Of a stretch of DNA of 64,000 nucleotides, positions 48,701 to 56,875 are shown one piece after another. Numbering within the stretch: position 1 is the stretch's first letter; each line of letters opens with the position of its first letter. The notes beneath the pieces were generated by a model. It was given only the letters and a program-made list of their open reading frames with translations, did no database searches and was not told the origin of the DNA. The DNA comes from a virus. The position numbers and the translations under genes are program-made. The stretch lies in IMG/VR virus record IMGVR_UViG_3300050144_000109, positions 84,451-148,450 of that record. One strand, 5' to 3'.

Positions 48701-50842
48701 AAGCAGTTCCTAGGAATGACAGAGGAGTATAATAAACTCACTGGTAAGAAAATCACAGTGACAGACGGTTTTAGATCGTACGACGATCAGATGGCTAGAA
48801 AGAAGAAGTATGGGGCACGGGCTGCTGCTCCAGGAACCTCTATGCACGAGTTTGGTCTGGCCATGGACGCTGACTCCAAGACGTTGGATGAAGTTGACAA
48901 GCTAGGCCTGATGCGCAAGTACGGGTTCACCCGTCCAGTGGGCGGTGAACCATGGCACGTAGAAGCCATTGGTACTGCATCCAGTGCTGAGAAAGACAAG
49001 TACAAGAAAGACCCTAATGCTGCGCTGGCAGCCATTGAGTCTGGGATGGGACGAGGTGGTGGTGGTCAGGGTACCATTGCTGGAGCCCCTAAGAATTCCA
49101 GAAATGATGAATTGGTTAAAAGCATCATGGGCGCTAAGGTAGAACCCACCGTAGCCAAGGCAGATAAAGCATCTGATCCAGGCGCTGGTGCACCCGCTGG
49201 TGTACAAGCCAAAACACCTGGCGCTGCTGGGGAAGACAGTAAAAGCAGTCCGACTGGGCTGGGTGCTCAAGGTGGTGTTACTGATGCCGCCAAGAAAGAT
49301 CCAAAGGCAGTTGCAGCTAATGCTGGTGGCGGTGCGGTAGGAGGTAGTGCAATGGGTGGCGGAGCTACATCTAGCGGAGCAGATGTCAGGCCTGTTGCAG
49401 ATGAGACTAAACCAAAAGTAACCGCTACGCCAACTGGTGCGCCCAACACAGCATCCAAGGACTTGAATACCAAGATGGCTGACAACAGCTCAAATGGTAA
49501 AGCTTTGGGTGGAGTGAAAACAGATCTTCCTAATGACCCCAGCGTCAAGGTTCCTAAGCCCAATGGCAGTGTAGACAGTGTAAAGAAAACTGTGGAGAGT
49601 GCAGCGCAGATGGTGGGTGTCAAACCAGATGTGGCTACTTCTACTGTGGCCATTGAGTCTGGATTTGATGTCAATGCAAAAGCAAAGGGCACGACGGCTT
49701 CGGGTCTGTTCCAATTCCTGAATGGAACTTGGAGAGAAATGCTGAACAAACATGGCTCTAAGCTCGGTGTGTTGCCTGGGACGTCTCCCTTTGATGCTTC
49801 TGCAAACGCCATCATGGGTGCACAATACATCAAGGACAATGAGAAGATTCTCAAGAGCTCTAGTGGTGTGTCAGAAGTGGGTCCTACCGACATCTACGCT
49901 GCACACTTCTTGGGTCCTTATGGAGCAGGTAAATTACTCAAGGCCATTAAGAATAATCCTGACCAATCAGCGCAAGCGTTACTGCCTAGTGCTGCGGCCA
50001 GCAATGCTTCTATTTTCTATGAGAATGGCAACACCAGTGCACCTAAATCCGTGAAGGGTGTCTACGATGTCTTGGACAAGAAAGTCAAGACCAAGGCTTC
50101 TCAATTCGGAATCAAGGTGGATTTGAAGGGATCCGTCACAGGGGATGCCAAGGCAAAAGAAGGTGACAAGCCTGTAGACTACGGCACTGCAACAGGTGGA
50201 GGAAGTCCTACGGGACAGCCTGGAACCAAGCCTGCAGATGCTCCTCAGGGTGCTGCTGCTGGAGCTAAGCTAGCTGCTGGAAGCTCTACCGATAAGAACG
50301 CTGCTCCTGCTCCCAGCAATGGGGCTACTCCAAGCACTGGGAATAATAACTCCATAATGCCTCCTGCAGGCCCTAAAACAGCCAAGGCAGAGCCTCTAAC
50401 CAGTCAGCAGCCGCAGAGCTACAACGACTCAAATAAAACGCCTCAGAAAGCCGATACTGGAACTCAAGGGAAACCAAGTCAGAAAACAAATGGCATGTTC
50501 AACATGGGTCAAAACCCAATTGACAACGTCTACGGGTTCTCACCAAAGACAGTGGACTACAATGCCAGCAACCAAATGCAGAATGCACAGAGCTTTGATG
50601 CGAAACTATTGCAACCTACAGAGAAGCTGCTCACTGATTCTCTGAAAGCACAAAACTCCATGGTGGAGATTCTGAACAATATCTTTGGATTGATGAGTAA
50701 CAACTCCAAGGAAAAAGAACAATCTGCTGCAGACAGCACAAAGTCAGAACAGAAAAGTGGGGAAGATACACAGAGTAAAACACCTGCTTCCATCACACAC
50801 AAGCAAACCGATGTTCCAGTGAAGATGAGAAGAAATATGTAA
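39800..50842 (+). CDS. Tape-measure-like tail protein with peptidoglycan hydrolase domains (phiKZ gp181-like)
   Basis: 3680 aa; M15/VanY-like peptidase (GFRSYDDQ, PGTSMHEFGLAMD, EPWHVE); SLT lytic transglycosylase (AIESGF, ASGLFQF, YAAHFLG); Gly/Ala-rich hydrophobic segments; divergent from the gp180-like gene. Confidence 0.88.
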   Translation: MFGFGKKARVENESIDSEFNLDDGLDMGGFDFDADPMKDDRKPVTKVLDGALTGFKAGVSDTSFLKKTVKDILPEGYGKTLDLHDKVNGSIRDLYDETAKEVKPAIKEFKKISARLIPSDSKFIPTPVQDLLQKWRDEKEEEKRDSSLDENTQKEQFLSVQMADIFQAQSEDKQSEKKEKDAKDNIQQGIDLERHRDLLGIVSNMDQSVSRIDQYGRSVGLNYQKKTLELMYRQLFALQDLVKLGEKGFGVMANELPAIKKNTALPEFVKQTNTEFLKEYNKKKLVETIGRNLFGTGAEYLDKVLGNFNKNLKAKFKEGIGQFKDTLTQAGEMHDSMKDMGDMPGMDKATMGGSMVGDAAAKGIGGKAAKWVQSNVLNKSERVNKLGSKLLNASVDAPRAINEFREKNANSYSDTLWGKAKSAAASLISPFEESKSIEGQDATKLGSPGVFSKRTDRSINEVIPGFLARILREVQVFRTGDESIELQAFDHVKNTFTDKGKLEKRIQDSVIDSGAKENMHGQLDEMIKHTEGQDLSPEAKKALKKRLTMTSASGKRMSQENFDQEDHYEGEGAAEAAAHMKKYFEKNKDNQAHQTAIKRRHDNLGSYVTNTMGQVETNAELGYTEELQKAGFLEKDGRTISRDKILEHYLNREEKKKENGEGGSDPSNEPGNPPGPVPPGPTPPIPGAVPPINPHGGPGPGGPTPPPNVDSGLGGGAPNPVSDTSAAGGADPTVGPPKPKTKLQRLAGSISTDIGNLLEGAYNKGSDAVKGTIEVLDSKDPKEKLIEKLVPKKYRRLYKDGLLDRHMVVQELKNAAKKGGRDLQVKIDEIKQLNKDGALNIENLALIAQGKSVKSDSTQPAEQNTETASIDAGADKPKAFAKGGVFSNSVLNKPTPFSFEQGGKPHAAVAGEAGPEAVMPLTAQGVRAVDEKGNVQAHLPLTRDKNGILSVEHANSIKDTGKKVLDAVGGFFTNTREALQDIIADKAHELKSKPVEAKSSAKPSALPATPKPAMRKDMSDNDKLLSKLDELIDTVKSAWSGSSVGSTVGSVAQSATALAGRARNAATEFMGSPKAQVMKTRATEGFSVAQKKVEELKASPKLTALQTAATKKLEQAKKVVSQTKLPSMEEMGAHVSSAKKSATGFAEQLKTHAILGAGKLQQHLENIQKTPSDPTTPVSVLDQLKAHASSGVQAVQQKIQQSQGNLDPKTKEKISGLLSGAASKASAVKKQLHAATTKVKEQTQGFLEQQPALAKHIEAGRETVGKLLGTAQATTPLEPVVTPQAAASNATSMGKKDTLKARLNAAHADLSGHLESVLTPAPTLSTKMDDVKQSSGGVFQMLRNKLDKKSTQNVQVTQTNEKPTPEEAKEHSKVLQYAQTLITKKQTTTEEVKTILNSLVEKKALTLENFKKVLKGEEVVSNKVEEVQSATQDKKLTLKEQLKAGAQSLRVFGEDQLIKTKQAYTQHRQASLDKAEENKPPAQNDKLKKTIAAAQAYAPTLKGNVQDKLESGKKNVLGFMNVVAEQAKKLAEQVHEKGSKAVETGKAFVNEKLESRKSKESGSAFKERDEITGDLETVLRKNLHGIQITLDKSEDHLSKILEAIREGGGGGNGKAKGSWWSFGKKGNEEKANHGSGVSGLVGRAASSATSLAGKGLGLAARTFGKTAMMNVSAIKWAGKKLMPGGPKEPKDIYVEGESRPRLYAARLKEGMYIKKISKKPLTDIKDLNEPIIDQEGNELLTEEDLKKVYVKSIGGKAKKLLGGIGKVGGAVGRGLGSYAGLAKKIIGFEVDMVRGGLGLAKKAVTGAYGLMNGPADVYTLGIEEPVMVATVMKHGGYASKLTGKVIKKPTDIDGPVVDKEGNTVLTTDQLRKGIFNAKGKKFKTPLGKLLGVAGKVAGTVWGVQKAAWGLTKQIGKKMLGGLKGLTGGLFDGLSVEINGAKSVSVLTEIKEMLKTYFSGKGKNEDKNNKPDITKDEKGFKIGSWQDLKLKAEERMKEKKEKLKNGLANLKDGAGKVKNKLLNPFELFKDLKGLVTGTLGKITGLISGVKGLFSMGKGAIGMLGKLGKVGGLAARLLPMAGGLAGSAVGALGTLGSGAAAAATGIAGAAGTVVSAGAGMMGAAAGGAGALGAGLLSFLASPVVLGVAAAAVVGYGGYKLYKHFKNKLTPLDSVRFVQYGFKKDDKDSFKKVLELEEYCMDFVAYSKGQASISEKKMTMKKLMGPFGFDCENKEDFKLFFEWYQRRFKPVFLTHCSVIAQVMDQSKPDLSVISDLKKEKAAEYLEKASFSGGPYDLNKLPLKEDTYQASTAKDVADNIAAVKEELGLDKLDKKETGSKLGSIAGAAGVASVAGKSNKNEEVKPGEKPEKSKENKSVLESVSSGLKAMLTGTVGKVGAVATAGMVGGPMAALLATAGIAGYTLIKSFGKTKLMPVDNVRLVQYGFKKDDQENFDKVAKLEAYCKSFLTYSEGKMTIDETKMQMKELLGPFGLDPSNKEELEQFFEWYQKRFKVVYLTHCAVMAQLKKTAKPDTKDINALKLDEQGDYLTGVALEDGPYNITTLPLTDKKYKASTAKDVKEVIAEMKKMLGKFAKSSKPSLLKNAAKPAAIQTEMETEEVDPSTEKQASDAPVNLGGFTLKGKQTPTAATVSSISKINKNLETKDDEEYGDDVQMQELVDLSTLKQDGKLSALEAIKFKTYGLKELDKSRMKAIEVVEAVVAKTMVYKSGTTDWAGSPLATLDEVKGHFGITDKIGVDANNWITWFMKRFLPVYLKYVSLWCAYSGQKTYTGNLGMIKVSQQQDMAKQIAAMSVWSENKTPFPNYILNTDSDSVKENLEFLEKTVKQEKALEEKVTVAKQQQPISPNDDKEKQAKEAATKNNDENKTLFGKTLNQDATQTGQSANKPEEEKPTASTSSSTGQAAGGGGGGGASPTGLKLAEGAPLDGSNGFQFINKQDNGVKTDGVNPAFLKQFLGMTEEYNKLTGKKITVTDGFRSYDDQMARKKKYGARAAAPGTSMHEFGLAMDADSKTLDEVDKLGLMRKYGFTRPVGGEPWHVEAIGTASSAEKDKYKKDPNAALAAIESGMGRGGGGQGTIAGAPKNSRNDELVKSIMGAKVEPTVAKADKASDPGAGAPAGVQAKTPGAAGEDSKSSPTGLGAQGGVTDAAKKDPKAVAANAGGGAVGGSAMGGGATSSGADVRPVADETKPKVTATPTGAPNTASKDLNTKMADNSSNGKALGGVKTDLPNDPSVKVPKPNGSVDSVKKTVESAAQMVGVKPDVATSTVAIESGFDVNAKAKGTTASGLFQFLNGTWREMLNKHGSKLGVLPGTSPFDASANAIMGAQYIKDNEKILKSSSGVSEVGPTDIYAAHFLGPYGAGKLLKAIKNNPDQSAQALLPSAAASNASIFYENGNTSAPKSVKGVYDVLDKKVKTKASQFGIKVDLKGSVTGDAKAKEGDKPVDYGTATGGGSPTGQPGTKPADAPQGAAAGAKLAAGSSTDKNAAPAPSNGATPSTGNNNSIMPPAGPKTAKAEPLTSQQPQSYNDSNKTPQKADTGTQGKPSQKTNGMFNMGQNPIDNVYGFSPKTVDYNASNQMQNAQSFDAKLLQPTEKLLTDSLKAQNSMVEILNNIFGLMSNNSKEKEQSAADSTKSEQKSGEDTQSKTPASITHKQTDVPVKMRRNM

Positions 50843-50853
50843 CTGTCAAACAT

Positions 50854-50905
50854 GACGTCATAATGGCACGGTACCCCGCAAAGGGTACCGTGCTACTTAT
50901 GACGT
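50854..50905. terminator. Bidirectional hairpin with TTATGACGT on both strands
   Basis: GCACGGTACCC/GGGTACCGTGC stem between convergent genes. Confidence 0.8.
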
Positions 50906-50909
50906 TTAC

Positions 50910-53003
50910 TTATTGCTTGTCAGTTCCTGTTGTGAATAATCCGGTCAGAATGTCTGGCGTCATAGAGCCAAGGTCCATGGCCAGTCTAGACGCACTCCAA
51001 TAAGTGCTCCAGTTAGCCATCTTGGTGTCCAATTGTCTTTTCAGGATAGGAAGTCTATCGTTGGAGTCTCTCAAGGACATGCCTGAGAGTGCCATCAAGT
51101 AATCTGTGAAAGCATTTTCACTGTCGAATAAACCTTGGGTGGGGCTGAGTGAGAGCCCTTGCTGAATAGGCATGGACATAATGGAAGACAAGTCTTTGAC
51201 ACTGAAAGAAATGTCCAGCGCCATGGTTTTGCCTTCTGTGTTGAAACCGAAGTTACCAGTGCCGCGCGTGATCGAGAGTGAATCAATTACGCCGAGTCGG
51301 TTGATACAACGTCCTCTGTCATAAATCTCGCACAAGAAAGGACTGGTGTAAGATTGTTTACCCGTCATGAGCGGGAGAGTGCCTGCCAGCAACATGCACA
51401 GAGGCACATAGAGATTGAACAGTTGGGAGACTGGATTGCCGTAAGGTGAGACTAGCTGGATGGTGTAGGTGGATCTTGGCAGTGAGGCTTGGTGAGACTC
51501 CCAGTGGTCAGGAATGTCTACGAAGCAGTTACCTGCAAATGCTGCAAGACCACCTAAACCTACGGAGTCGGCAGCAGACTGTAGAACACTACCTACACCA
51601 GAAAGCACTGAGCTCACAATGCCTAATGGATCTACATTCCCGCCAGCCATGTCGATTTTAATGTCTCTGGCAGCCGCTGAAGAACTGTTGACCTTCTGCG
51701 CCATGGCTGAAGGTGATGTAGAATTAGAAAATGATTCTTGAACTGTACCGGTATAATCTACTCTGAAGGATGCCCAGTCTGCACCATCTGATTTATTGGC
51801 CATGAAGAACTTGAAGAAGCTATCCTTGACTTCTGGCTCATAAGGAGACTCTAGAACTGTCTTGGCTTGCTCTGGTGACATTCCAGAAACATCTGGCCCT
51901 TTTCTAGGGTCTTTTTCAATTTCACCATTGTTGTCACCAGCTGAAAGATCGGGCGCTCCCATCCATCGATCCCAAATGGACTTCAAGGTTCTTGGAATGG
52001 TTTCATCGGCATCTTGTTGTTGGATGCCTAGTTTTTCATCATAGACTTTCTTGACTTTACCGTACCAGCCATCAGCGCCTTTTTGACTGAGTTGCTTGAC
52101 AAGGTAGGCACGGTGTCTAGACTCCAGCATCTTGGATCTATTGGCAATTGCATAGATGTCCAATGTACCATTTGGATTGAAGTCTGGGAACAACTGACTA
52201 AAGATGTTTTTGTCAGTATTGTCTACCCGCATCGGACCGCCAATAAAACTCTCATAAACCTCAGGCTGCATCCAGGTGGATAAGCCCATATTCACTGAAA
52301 GTTGGTTGACCATCGAGCTCACCGTTTGCCAGTACACTGGCATGGTTGCTTTCAAGTAGTAAAATTTACTGGCAGGGATCTTCAAAAAGAATCTAACTGC
52401 AGCGCCTACTTGCATGAACATGATCGGGATAATGGTCAGTGGAAGAATAGCTGCTTCCACAATCGCCATAGCCACGCCTAGGAACTTCTCAAAGAAAGTA
52501 GAATCTACCCGTCCTGTTCTGGCCAGTGTTGCTGCACCACTGTTGTAAAAGCCAGTGAAGAATTGGGTCAATGAGTTATAGCTGGGTACACCAAATCTAA
52601 GGTGGATGATTTGGTTCTTGTCATCAATGGCTTCCGAGTAATACATGCCCTGACCAATGGGGCCGCCATGGTAGTTCACGGTGGTCTCTACTGCGTCTGG
52701 GAGCAATCCCTTGTCTCGAACATCGGCGTACCGTGTGAACTGAGGGGGTGGATTGATGCAATGGTTACCGCCTAAGCTAGAATCCGTGTATTTGAAAGCG
52801 GCTGAGGAGAAGTGGCGATTAGCAAGATCAGTTGGCTCTAGCAGAGGTGCGCCAGATCCATTAGTACCAACAATGAACGATTGCCTGATCCAAGAATCGT
52901 CCTTTCTAAAGCTTGCACGCTCATAACTGGTGTCTCGGTTCGTATTGAGCAAGTCAGCGGCTAAGCCATTGATCTGCCCTTTGACATAACTGGCCATGGT
53001 CAA
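50910..53003 (-). CDS. Virion tail/baseplate protein (phiKZ gp182-like)
   Basis: 697 aa; SLGGNHCINPPPQFTRYAD, RFGVPSYNSL, SPYGN, YTSPFLC; convergent with the gp181-like gene. Confidence 0.75.
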   Translation of the reverse strand: MTMASYVKGQINGLAADLLNTNRDTSYERASFRKDDSWIRQSFIVGTNGSGAPLLEPTDLANRHFSSAAFKYTDSSLGGNHCINPPPQFTRYADVRDKGLLPDAVETTVNYHGGPIGQGMYYSEAIDDKNQIIHLRFGVPSYNSLTQFFTGFYNSGAATLARTGRVDSTFFEKFLGVAMAIVEAAILPLTIIPIMFMQVGAAVRFFLKIPASKFYYLKATMPVYWQTVSSMVNQLSVNMGLSTWMQPEVYESFIGGPMRVDNTDKNIFSQLFPDFNPNGTLDIYAIANRSKMLESRHRAYLVKQLSQKGADGWYGKVKKVYDEKLGIQQQDADETIPRTLKSIWDRWMGAPDLSAGDNNGEIEKDPRKGPDVSGMSPEQAKTVLESPYEPEVKDSFFKFFMANKSDGADWASFRVDYTGTVQESFSNSTSPSAMAQKVNSSSAAARDIKIDMAGGNVDPLGIVSSVLSGVGSVLQSAADSVGLGGLAAFAGNCFVDIPDHWESHQASLPRSTYTIQLVSPYGNPVSQLFNLYVPLCMLLAGTLPLMTGKQSYTSPFLCEIYDRGRCINRLGVIDSLSITRGTGNFGFNTEGKTMALDISFSVKDLSSIMSMPIQQGLSLSPTQGLFDSENAFTDYLMALSGMSLRDSNDRLPILKRQLDTKMANWSTYWSASRLAMDLGSMTPDILTGLFTTGTDKQ

Positions 53004-53043
53004 TATACCTTTTGTTTATAAGTAAAAATAAAACAGTCCAAAC

Positions 53044-54153
53044 TCAAGCCATCATCACAGCAGGAATCTCCCCTGCAATGGCGGTCTCTACACTGGTCAC
53101 TGGCACATTTGCAGCCATCAACATATAAGCTTCGTTTGCTGTGTTGGGGGTGGTGTTGAGATTTTTATAGCTATTGTTCACAGCGGCGACTGCCAAGCCT
53201 ACTGCAATGTTGTTGGCATTGGCACTGACGTTGGCTTTGATAGAAGCCACAGCTTGCTTGCTGGCAGTCGTAAAAGCTTTTGCATTCAGTACTGACTTTA
53301 AGTTTCTCTTTGTTTGTTGCCACTGAGGTGAGATGGCGTTGAACGCAGTCTTCATCTGCGCATAGTTAGACTTCAGTGTCGTCTGTGTATCTTTGATTTG
53401 TTTCTTGAGGGAAGTGAATGGTTGTTTAAAGTTGGTGAGAAATTGACCGATGAGGTTTGGCTTCATCAAGTTAACCTTGAAAGCAACTGGGCCTAAGGCT
53501 ACCTCTGTCAGCAATTTAATATTAGAAGTGGCGATGATGTTGGGTAGAATGTTGCTGGTAATTTTCTCCAGCATTGGGAGTGTTGTACTGGCGGCAGAGG
53601 CAATGGCAGTATAGACTCCGGAGATCCCCACCTTAGCGGCTTCTACAATTGTGTTAGACGCCGTCTGCACGTATGCGCTGACGTCCTTGACAATGCCTGC
53701 TGCTGTATTTGTGAGTCCAGCAACAATCCCAGTGATACCAGAGACGGTACTCATGGCAGCAGCACTGACTGTGCTGACCACGCCGTTGATGGTGGTTGTA
53801 ACTTCGTTGACGATTGAGCCGACTTGCGTGACTGCACTCTTGACCGTGTCCGTGAGCATCCCAATGGAGCTCATGATGCCTGGCGCGCTAATCGATAAAC
53901 TAGAAGTCAGATCAGGAGGCCCTACGAATTCGGAGCTAGGAATGCCATTCACAAACTCATCGATGGCAGAGTTAATGCCGTCCATATTGAACGGGACATC
54001 AATGGTTTCCATCAACGACAATGCACTGACATCCGCACTGACTTCTTGCAAGAAACCATTGATAATGTCAATACCAGTTTGCGTGTAGACGTCGACTGCT
54101 ACCAGCGTTTCATCAATGCCTGTCTGAAACGTCGTTGGTGCTAAGCTAGGCAT
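53044..54153 (-). CDS. Putative virion structural protein, Ser/Thr/Ala-rich
   Basis: ATG at 54153 (MPSLAPTTFQTG..LVAVDVY); upstream of the gp182-like gene. Confidence 0.55.
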   Translation of the reverse strand: MPSLAPTTFQTGIDETLVAVDVYTQTGIDIINGFLQEVSADVSALSLMETIDVPFNMDGINSAIDEFVNGIPSSEFVGPPDLTSSLSISAPGIMSSIGMLTDTVKSAVTQVGSIVNEVTTTINGVVSTVSAAAMSTVSGITGIVAGLTNTAAGIVKDVSAYVQTASNTIVEAAKVGISGVYTAIASAASTTLPMLEKITSNILPNIIATSNIKLLTEVALGPVAFKVNLMKPNLIGQFLTNFKQPFTSLKKQIKDTQTTLKSNYAQMKTAFNAISPQWQQTKRNLKSVLNAKAFTTASKQAVASIKANVSANANNIAVGLAVAAVNNSYKNLNTTPNTANEAYMLMAANVPVTSVETAIAGEIPAVMMA

Positions 54154-54187
54154 GTTTATATACTCTCTGAATGAAGTCAAAAAAGAA

Positions 54188-54253
54188 AACGTCAAAATAA
54201 ATGGACTCGCTACACGCCTTGGCCCCGTTAAGAGCTTGGCGTGTAGTGAGTCT
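54188..54253 (-). terminator. Hairpin with TTTTGACGT tail
   Basis: GACTCGCTACACGCC/GGCGTGTAGTGAGTC stem. Confidence 0.65.
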
Positions 54254-54271
54254 CATCTCATGTCAGTTCAT

Positions 54272-55003
54272 TCAATGGCGATTGCGGAACATGTTGTTCG
54301 GGCTCAGTGACGAGAAGTCGGGCTCGATTGTAGCCTTCTTTTCTTCATCAGTTTCATTCTCACGCATCTTCAGCGTGTCTCGGATTTCCTCCAGGATCAT
54401 GACGAACCAAGACGATTCCGGCGTGCTGGAGGTGAGAGTCGCGCCACCAGGACCACGGCGATAGTAGTAGTTGGTGAAGGCGGCATTGGTTTCTGCCATC
54501 TTCTTGGCCATGTCGGGATATGACAGAACCTTGTACCAAACTGCTTCAGCGATGGCTTGACGGAAGTTCGGGATGAACTCGCGGTCTTTGATCTCGAAGA
54601 TGGCATTGCGGCATGCTGCGCCACTGGAGCGACGGAAGAAGTCCAGGCGGGCAGGGTCCTTGATGGCACCGTAAATGCCACGGATGGATTCGAACGTGCA
54701 TGCGAAGTCTGGGTGGTAGAACGGAGTCGCTGAGTCGATGCCCAGGAAATGTCCTAGTTCTTGTTCAATGCCGGTGCTGGTCTTCTCCAATGCATTGATG
54801 TGATCGGTCTTGGGAGTGGCCATCACAACTTCTGCCATGGCTGCAGACACGCTCTTGCTGAGCGGCTTTAGAATGGCGGGAGACGGCTTTTGGCGACTTT
54901 GGAAGCTGCGGCGGATCGGAGCAGGAGCAGCTTCATGGCGATTGACAACAGCGTCAATCATGTCTTGGGTTTGAACGTCGTCGGAGGTCATGGTCGCGGT
55001 CAT
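54272..55003 (-). CDS. Hypothetical protein, possibly NADAR-related jumbo-phage family
   Basis: DHIN...ELG..L...TPFYHPDF..FESIRG pattern; strong codon bias. Confidence 0.5.
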   Translation of the reverse strand: MTATMTSDDVQTQDMIDAVVNRHEAAPAPIRRSFQSRQKPSPAILKPLSKSVSAAMAEVVMATPKTDHINALEKTSTGIEQELGHFLGIDSATPFYHPDFACTFESIRGIYGAIKDPARLDFFRRSSGAACRNAIFEIKDREFIPNFRQAIAEAVWYKVLSYPDMAKKMAETNAAFTNYYYRRGPGGATLTSSTPESSWFVMILEEIRDTLKMRENETDEEKKATIEPDFSSLSPNNMFRNRH

Positions 55004-55016
55004 TGTGGAATCCAGT

Positions 55017-55640
55017 TTACTTAGGAGATTGAGGGGTTTGAGTTTCAACTAGCTCAGTGAGCTTTGCAATGATTTCTTCTGCTGTGAGCAGTATCAGTGC
55101 AGAGAATATAAGGTGTCGATTATTTCTTAAGAAAATATGCAGCACCTCAGCTTGGTTAATTCTTGGCTTGAATAAACCGAACAGGGATTGGATGGGAGAA
55201 ACGGTGCGCTTCCATGCCAGTGCTTCCATCATGGTGTTGTTGGCCGATGAAAGCGAAATGATTCTGGGCACACTACCAACGCCTTTGTCTGGGCCAGAAT
55301 ACTGCAAGCTTTCTACCAGTCTGGCACAGAGCTTGTCTGACCAGTTTGACTCATCACCCGTATTGGCGTAGAAGAAGTACAGCGTATCAGCAAAGAAGGC
55401 TGCAGCAATTGGGTCTCTACAAATCTTTTCTGTGAACTCCTGGTTGAATTCATTTCTGAACTGCATGGACGGGGAAAGCGTGGCGACTTCCTGAACATAC
55501 TTGAGAAGTTCTCCTATGTGTTCTGGTTGTCTGGCGCACGCTTTGAATGTGCTGTCAATGAAGCAGCGCTGGTGTGCCAGCATCTGCGCACTGGTGCACT
55601 TGTCTTTACTCCGAAGTGGTTTTACTCCGAACAGTTTCAT
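55017..55640 (-). CDS. Hypothetical protein
   Basis: ATG at 55640 overlapping the upstream gene. Confidence 0.6.
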   Translation of the reverse strand: MKLFGVKPLRSKDKCTSAQMLAHQRCFIDSTFKACARQPEHIGELLKYVQEVATLSPSMQFRNEFNQEFTEKICRDPIAAAFFADTLYFFYANTGDESNWSDKLCARLVESLQYSGPDKGVGSVPRIISLSSANNTMMEALAWKRTVSPIQSLFGLFKPRINQAEVLHIFLRNNRHLIFSALILLTAEEIIAKLTELVETQTPQSPK

Positions 55641-56076
55641 CGTCTTCACCTTCTGAGAAATGGAGAGCACCTAGGTCCACATCGGTGTGGTAGGTTGCTT
55701 TTCTTCCTGACTTCCACGTGCACTCTACTGAGAAGCGCACGTGTCTGACCTTGAGCATCTTGAGCCCTTTCAAGAATACCTTGATGGTCATGGTGGGTCG
55801 CTCAAACTCACGCCTGAGGTTCCCGATACTGAGTGCCTTGATGTACCGGTTCTCTTTGGCTCCGTTCTTGAGCTCGAACACGTAGTCCATCAGCAAGGAC
55901 TGCAATCGACCCTTCTCGTCGACCTTCTCTTGCTTGAGAATGTTTCTCCAGAGCTTGACGAGTATGCCACCACTGCCTCTGGCTTCAGAGATGGCTTGAC
56001 TTGGATTGGCCAGTGAACGTTCACTGTCCGGCGTTGTGAATTCCACCTCAGGAGGCGGCTGTTTGTCTTTGGTCAT
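55606..56076 (-). CDS. Hypothetical protein
   Basis: 156 aa; GNLRREFERPTMTIKVFLKGL. Confidence 0.65.
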   Translation of the reverse strand: MTKDKQPPPEVEFTTPDSERSLANPSQAISEARGSGGILVKLWRNILKQEKVDEKGRLQSLLMDYVFELKNGAKENRYIKALSIGNLRREFERPTMTIKVFLKGLKMLKVRHVRFSVECTWKSGRKATYHTDVDLGALHFSEGEDDETVRSKTTSE

Positions 56077-56169
56077 TTTGGTTTACTTTCATTTCATTGA
56101 TTTGCTTACTGTTTGGTTATCGGTTTTGCTTGTTATGGAATGACGATTTCGTAACGATCATTCACTTTA

Positions 56170-56196
56170 ATAATAAGTGATTGTATATTTTTGCAT
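56170..56196 (-). promoter_or_regulatory. Degenerate copy of the 27-nt promoter motif
   Basis: Minus strand ATGCAAAAATATACAATCACTTATTAT. Confidence 0.4.
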
Positions 56197-56211
56197 TGTG
56201 TTTAGGAGAAG

Positions 56212-56613
56212 ATGATGTCGGATATGGACGATGTGGACCGTGACTTGGAGTACGTGCGCGGCAAGCGTATTCAGATTGTATCCACCCTCATGGAAAATGG
56301 GAAGGTGCCTGAGGACTTCAAGCAACTGGCTTTGTTGAAAGATGTGTTGTCTGACATGGATTCTACTTCCATGGCGAAGAAGCGCATCAAGGTGGATGCT
56401 AAACTGGGTAACGTGCAGGCGCAAGCTGCTATGCTGATTGCTGAATTATTCACGAGGCCTGACTTGAAGCAAGTGGGTACAGGTGGTGTGCGTACTGTGG
56501 AGCCTGAGCTTCCGAAGGATCTGATAGAGATTACCTTTGCTCCTGGGGAGAAGGACGACTACGCAGTCCAGGAGGACTATGAGACGTTCATGGGTAGGAC
56601 AAGTAAAAAATAA
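56212..56613 (+). CDS. Hypothetical helical protein
   Basis: 133 aa, AGGAG SD. Confidence 0.7.
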   Translation: MMSDMDDVDRDLEYVRGKRIQIVSTLMENGKVPEDFKQLALLKDVLSDMDSTSMAKKRIKVDAKLGNVQAQAAMLIAELFTRPDLKQVGTGGVRTVEPELPKDLIEITFAPGEKDDYAVQEDYETFMGRTSKK

Positions 56614-56622
56614 AGGAAGAGC

Positions 56623-56672
56623 ACAGACCACCCACTACCTTTGGATGACTCCTCGGGTAGTGGGTGGTCTGT
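56623..56672. terminator. Hairpin between convergent genes
   Basis: ACAGACCACCCACTACC/GGTAGTGGGTGGTCTGT stem. Confidence 0.75.
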
Positions 56673-56683
56673 AACATTAAGAA

Positions 56684-56872
56684 TCAGCCAATCGGATTTT
56701 GAAGGGCTGGTTGGTTAGTCTCTAGTTTTTTCAATGCATCAGCAAGATCTTTGGTCGAGACTCCAAGAATTACTGATGCAAGTGCTATTTTCTTTTCGGT
56801 CGAGTAGTGTTTGTGCTTGTGACCACAAGCACACGGAGTTTCCCAACAGTGTTTGCAATCTGACATGGCCAT
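56684..56872 (-). CDS. Small Cys/His (zinc-binding-like) protein
   Basis: MSDCKHCWETPCACG; AAGGA SD. Confidence 0.6.
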   Translation of the reverse strand: MAMSDCKHCWETPCACGHKHKHYSTEKKIALASVILGVSTKDLADALKKLETNQPALQNPIG

Positions 56873-56875
56873 TTT

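Noticed and set aside
42226-49893. Long minus-strand ORFs (333, 249 and 208 aa) inside the tape-measure gene
   Set aside because: Antisense shadows of Ala/Gly/Lys-rich coding sequence.
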